Assembly: GCA_963766075.1 (NCBI GenBank) | Contig: CAVYAN010000119.1 | Coordinates: 1-48,615, forward strand | DNA from: an uncultured cyanobacterium | GTDB taxonomy: Bacteria; Cyanobacteriota; Cyanobacteriia; Leptolyngbyales; Leptolyngbyaceae | DNA: 48,615 nt | Direction of reading: 5' to 3' | Part shown: positions 44,596-48,615 of the stretch, one piece after another | Layout of the letters: every line of letters begins with the position of its first letter | Numbering within the stretch: the first letter of the stretch is position 1 | Program-made: the position numbers and the translations under genes | The notes under the pieces: model-generated | Seen by the model: the letters and a program-made list of their open reading frames with translations, nothing else | Databases searched by the model: none | Told to the model about the DNA's origin: nothing

Positions 44596-44683
44596 GCCAT
44601 TCCAAGCGAAGCGGAGAATTTCTCTGCGCACTGGTCCAGGAGACGAAGGGATTCCTCAGTCGCCGCGGCGGCCTGGGAATGAC
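44596..44683. repeat. Palindromic intergenic element of GTCATTCC..AGCGAAGCG..GGAATGAC type
   Basis: GCCATTCC/GGAATGAC termini with internal GAAT/ATTC pairing. Confidence 0.6.
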
Positions 44684-44751
44684 AATTTTGGGTAGTGTTA
44701 AACATGGGAGATATCTTGTCAGTGCGCCACTCTGCATCACGGAAAATCCTT

Positions 44752-45351
44752 ATGCCTGATTTCGCCGAACCCATCGAGCGTCTGATCGACCAGCTCAAGC
44801 ATCTGCCCGGCATCGGGGCGAAGACCGCGCAACGCCTGGCGTTCCACATTCTGCGCATCGAGCCGGAAGAGGCGATGGCCCTGGCCGACGCGATCCGCGA
44901 CGCCAAGATGAACATGCGATACTGCTCGGTGTGCAACAACATCACCGACGTGGACCCGTGCTTCTACTGCACCAGTCCGACGCGCAACCGGAAAACCATC
45001 TGCGTGGTCGAAGAGCCGCACAACATCATGGCTATCGAGAAAACGCGGCAGTACGGCGGCCTATATCACGTTTTAGGCGGAGCGCTGGCGCCGCTGCGAG
45101 GCATCGGCCCGGATCAACTGCACCTGAAAAGCCTGATCGAACGCCTGAAGGGCGGCACGGTCGAGGAAATTATTATCGCGACCAACCCGAACGCCGAGGG
45201 CGAAGCCACGGCCATGTATCTCTCGAAACTCATCAAGCCTCTCGGCGTGCGAGTCACCCGCATCGGCGTCGGCATTCCGGTCGGCGCCGACCTGGAATAC
45301 GCCGACGAAGTCACGATGATGAAGGCCATGGAAGGCCGGCGGGATCTCTGA
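44752..45351 (+). CDS. recR: Recombination mediator RecR
   Basis: [16 protein letters not shown]4 zinc finger, [12 protein letters not shown]. Confidence 0.97.
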   Translation: MPDFAEPIERLIDQLKHLPGIGAKTAQRLAFHILRIEPEEAMALADAIRDAKMNMRYCSVCNNITDVDPCFYCTSPTRNRKTICVVEEPHNIMAIEKTRQYGGLYHVLGGALAPLRGIGPDQLHLKSLIERLKGGTVEEIIIATNPNAEGEATAMYLSKLIKPLGVRVTRIGVGIPVGADLEYADEVTMMKAMEGRRDL

Positions 45352-45533
45352 TCAGAAATATTTCGCGTTTCCCTTTCCTATCGCGGCGACATCATCGCTT
45401 CGCCCAGCTTTTGACCCGTATCGAATTCCGTCAACGCCTCCGATTTTCTATCCATCTGCGGGCTAGCACTTTCTCCCGGGTATCACAACCGCCGGTCGAA
45501 AGTGATAGAGTATTTGAGGAAAAGGATTCTCCA

Positions 45534-46709
45534 TTGGAAACCGAACAACAGAAGCGGCTGCGCGCGGCGCGCCGCGTCGTGATCAAGCTGGGCACCGGAA
45601 TTGTTACCGTCAACGACGGACAATTTAACGCCGGGCTGCTCGAATCGGTTGCGCGAACGATTTCCGACCTAAAAAAGGGCGGCCGCCAAGTCGTGCTCGT
45701 GTCTTCGGGAGCTGTCGGGCTGGGGCGGGGACGCCTGGGGCTTCACCGCGACCGGCTGAACGATCTGGTGATGCGCCAGGCGTGCGCTGCGGTGGGACAA
45801 AGCCTGCTGATGCACGAGTACGAAAAATTGTTTCAGGCGCACGGAATTCAACTCGCCCAGGTTCTGCTGACCGAGGGAGATTTCGTCGATCGCACGCGGT
45901 ATTCCAATCTGCGCGAGACGATGGAATCGCTGTTGAAACTCGGCGTCCTTCCCATCATCAATGAAAACGATACGATTTCGACGGCGGAACTCGATTACCT
46001 GAATATTCGCGCGGGCGAACGAATTTTCAGTGACAACGATCGCCTCGCGGCGCTGGTCATGAGCCACATCGACGCGGACGTGCTGGTTCTGCTGACCGAC
46101 GTGGACGGATTGATGGAATTTGGCCCGTCGGGCGCGAAGAGCGCCGGCGGAACCGTGATTCCCCTGGTCGAGGATATCTCGCCGGAATTGAAGTCTTTGG
46201 CGCTTGGCCCTTCCGAAGGCGGGCGCGGCGGGATGCTGACAAAACTCGACGCCGCGGAAATCGCCATGCAATCCGGCGGCATCGCGGTCATCGCGAACGG
46301 CAAAAAGCCGGAAACGCTCGGCCGGATTTTTGAGGGCGAGCCGACCGGCACCGTGTTTCTATCGAAGACGCGCATGGCGGGAAAGCGCCGGTGGATCGCG
46401 TACGCGGCCGGGGTTCGCGGGCGGGTGATCGTGAACGCGGGGGCGCGCGACGCGCTCACGGGCGGAAAAGCGAGCCTGCTGGCGTCGGGCGTGGTCGGCG
46501 TCGAAGGCGAATTCGACGCGGCGGAAGTGGTGAGCATCGTTGACGCCGAAGGGACGGAATTCGCCCGGGGAATTTCGGATTACTCGCGCGGAGACGCGCA
46601 AACCATGATCGGGAACGGAACGGGCGGCGAGAGCGGCGGCCGCGCCAACGGGCGTGCAAGTGTGCTCGTAAAACGCGATAATATTGTTATTCTAGTGGGC
46701 TCCAAGTAG
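45534..46709 (+). CDS. proB: Glutamate 5-kinase with PUA domain
   Basis: VVIKLG, LVSSGAV, AAVGQ, INEND, FSDNDRLA and GGMLTKL motifs; TTG start after GAGGAAAAGGA. Confidence 0.95.
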   Translation: METEQQKRLRAARRVVIKLGTGIVTVNDGQFNAGLLESVARTISDLKKGGRQVVLVSSGAVGLGRGRLGLHRDRLNDLVMRQACAAVGQSLLMHEYEKLFQAHGIQLAQVLLTEGDFVDRTRYSNLRETMESLLKLGVLPIINENDTISTAELDYLNIRAGERIFSDNDRLAALVMSHIDADVLVLLTDVDGLMEFGPSGAKSAGGTVIPLVEDISPELKSLALGPSEGGRGGMLTKLDAAEIAMQSGGIAVIANGKKPETLGRIFEGEPTGTVFLSKTRMAGKRRWIAYAAGVRGRVIVNAGARDALTGGKASLLASGVVGVEGEFDAAEVVSIVDAEGTEFARGISDYSRGDAQTMIGNGTGGESGGRANGRASVLVKRDNIVILVGSK

Positions 46710-46769
46710 AGGCCAGAGCCGATTCGGGCGGGCACGAACTGGAGTTACACCCGATTTACTGGATCGCAA

Positions 46770-48101
46770 ATGAGCGCAACGCAAAATCAACTCGATGTTT
46801 CGGAAGTCCGCAAGACGGTTCGGCGTGCGCGGCGCGCGGCGCACGTGCTAGCGGCACTGTCGGGAGAGCGGCGGAACGAAGCCTTGCTGGCCGCGGCCAA
46901 CGCGATCGAGGCGCGCTCCTCGGAAATTCTGGCGGCAAACGACAAAGATTGCGCCGTGGCGCAGCGCGCCGTCGAAAGCGGCGAGATGTCGCGCGCGATG
47001 TTCGCGCGCTTGCGGACCACCGAGCGCGGCATCGCGGAAATGGCGCTGCGCGTGCGCGAAGTCGCCGATCTTCCCGATCCTCTGCACCGCAGGCTTTCGG
47101 CCATGGAGCTGGACGATCATCTGGTTCTCTACAAGGAAACGTGTCCGCTGGGCGTGGTGGGCGTGGTGTTCGAGTCGCGGCCCGACGTCGTCCCTCAAAT
47201 CGCTTCGCTGGCCCTGAAATCGGGGAATGCCGTGTGCCTGAAAGGTGGCGCCGAAGCCGCCGAAACCAACGCTTTGCTGGTCGCGATCTGGCGCGACGTG
47301 CTTTCGGCGTTCCCGGATATTCCCGCTGACTCGGTCGTGTTGTTCCACACGCGCGAGGACGTGGCGCAAATCTTGACGCTGCATGATGAAATCGATTTGA
47401 TCGTACCGCGCGGCTCGAATGAGTTTGTCCGCTATGTCACCGAGCACAGCCGTATCCCCGTGCTCGGCCACGGCGAAGGAATCTGCCACGTGTACGTCCA
47501 TGAGGACGCGGACATCCGGAAAGCGTTCGACGTCGCGTTGGATTCCAAGGTGCAATACCCCGCGGTTTGCAACGCCATGGAAACGCTGCTGGTGCACAAG
47601 GATATCGCGCCAAGTTTTCTGCCGGGCATGGTCGCGCAATTCCGCGAAGCGGGAGTCGAGGTGCGCGGCTGCCCGCGGACGATGGAATTAGCCCGGGAAC
47701 AGGGAGTGATTGCCGCGACGGAAGAAGATTGGAAGAAGGAATATTCCGACCTGATTGTCTCGATCAAGGTGGTCGATGGCGTGAATGAAGCGATCGAGCA
47801 TATCAATCGCTACGGCTCGCGGCATACCGAATCCATCGTGACCGAAAGCCATGACGTCGCAGCGCGGTTCATGGAATTCGTGGATGCTGCCAACGTGTTT
47901 CAAAACGCGTCCACGCGATTCTCCGACGGTTTCCGCTACGGCCTGGGCGCGGAAGTCGGGATCAGCACCGGGAAACTGCACGCGCGCGGGCCTGTGGGCC
48001 TCGAAGGACTCACCATCTACAAATACAAACTCTTCGGCGACGGTCAGACCGTCGGCAGCTATAGCAAGGGCCAGCGCACGTTCAAACATCGCCCGATTTA
48101 G
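46770..48101 (+). CDS. proA: Gamma-glutamyl phosphate reductase
   Basis: PLGVVGVVFESRP, CNAMETLL and NASTRFSDG..HARGPVGL motifs. Confidence 0.97.
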   Translation: MSATQNQLDVSEVRKTVRRARRAAHVLAALSGERRNEALLAAANAIEARSSEILAANDKDCAVAQRAVESGEMSRAMFARLRTTERGIAEMALRVREVADLPDPLHRRLSAMELDDHLVLYKETCPLGVVGVVFESRPDVVPQIASLALKSGNAVCLKGGAEAAETNALLVAIWRDVLSAFPDIPADSVVLFHTREDVAQILTLHDEIDLIVPRGSNEFVRYVTEHSRIPVLGHGEGICHVYVHEDADIRKAFDVALDSKVQYPAVCNAMETLLVHKDIAPSFLPGMVAQFREAGVEVRGCPRTMELAREQGVIAATEEDWKKEYSDLIVSIKVVDGVNEAIEHINRYGSRHTESIVTESHDVAARFMEFVDAANVFQNASTRFSDGFRYGLGAEVGISTGKLHARGPVGLEGLTIYKYKLFGDGQTVGSYSKGQRTFKHRPI

Positions 48102-48130
48102 CTTGCTCTTCTCGCAACGATAATGGAAAA

Positions 48131-48192
48131 CCCCGCCTCTGAAGAGGCGGGCTACAGCAATGTTTCTGTAGCCCGGGTCTTCAGACCCGGGG
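48131..48192. repeat. Inverted pair of GTAG-type REP hairpins (REPIN-like)
   Basis: Minus strand GTAGCCCGCCTCTTCAGAGGCGGG and plus strand GTAGCCCGGGTCTTCAGACCCGGG. Confidence 0.8.
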
Positions 48193-48279
48193 ATTTTTTG
48201 CCCTAGCTAGAATGTTTATCCATAGCCGCAGCGCGTGAATCGCCGAGGTTTTCCCAACCCAGGCCTGATGAGCGATTCG

Positions 48280-48615
48280 CTATTGAGCGCCGGGAAATCC
48301 GCTCTGGGTGGGCGTTACCTGCGCAAAATAACGCCGCTGAAACCAGAGCGACACATGCACCAGTCCGAGCAGCGCCGGCACTTCGACCAGTGGGCCGATG
48401 ACCCCGACGAACGCTTCCCCTGAATTGAGGCCAAAGACGGCCACTGCTACGGCGATCGCCAGCTCAAAATTATTGCTTGCGGCAGTAAAGGAAAGCGTTG
48501 CCGTCTTGGAATAGTCCGCGCCAAGCTCGCGCCCCATCCAGAAACTCACCAGGAACATAAGAATAAAATAGACCAGAAGCGGCAACGCGACGCGAAGCAC
48601 GTCCAGCGGAAGCCG
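48280..48615 (-). CDS. acr3: ACR3-family arsenite efflux pump, 3' part (runs off the window)
   Basis: [28 protein letters not shown]. Confidence 0.93.
   Translation of the reverse strand, partial: RLPLDVLRVALPLLVYFILMFLVSFWMGRELGADYSKTATLSFTAASNNFELAIAVAVAVFGLNSGEAFVGVIGPLVEVPALLGLVHVSLWFQRRYFAQVTPTQSGFPGAQ

Noticed and set aside
44931..45533. 592-aa ProB with a long N-terminal extension
   Set aside because: The extension is an alternate frame of recR plus intergenic DNA; ProB similarity and an RBS begin near 45534

Overview
The window is a composite. About 0.7-43.9 kb is cyanobacterial chromosome, dense in HIP1 GCGATCGC sites. It carries a 5'-truncated ShlB/FhaC gene, TSUP and MFS transporters, a probably inactive trypsin-like protein, an unannotated four-gene envelope cluster, hisA, a ~1820-aa DUF4347/cadherin-like/Calx-beta/FG-GAP surface protein, an SLH porin, aspC, a stand-alone psbD, clpB, GST, a phycoerythrin locus (cpeU-cpeB-cpeA-cpeY-cpeZ-small ORF-cpeF), ydcF and chlH. 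An accessory block follows: three toxin-antitoxin pairs and an AT-rich EcsC/large membrane protein/YbjQ operon. The flanks look non-cyanobacterial. Bases 1 to ~600 hold a gene end and two promoter-hairpin units, and ~43.95-48.6 kb holds the dnaX 3' end, ybaB, recR, proB, proA and acr3. Both junctions cut genes and five genes have single-base frameshifts, so an error-prone chimeric read or assembly is more likely than real gene transfer. The best candidates for an undescribed system are the EcsC-membrane protein-YbjQ operon beside the TA block (40.3-43.3 kb) and the putative peptidoglycan-remodelling cluster (5.5-8.7 kb). All family calls come from reading motifs by eye; no database search was run.
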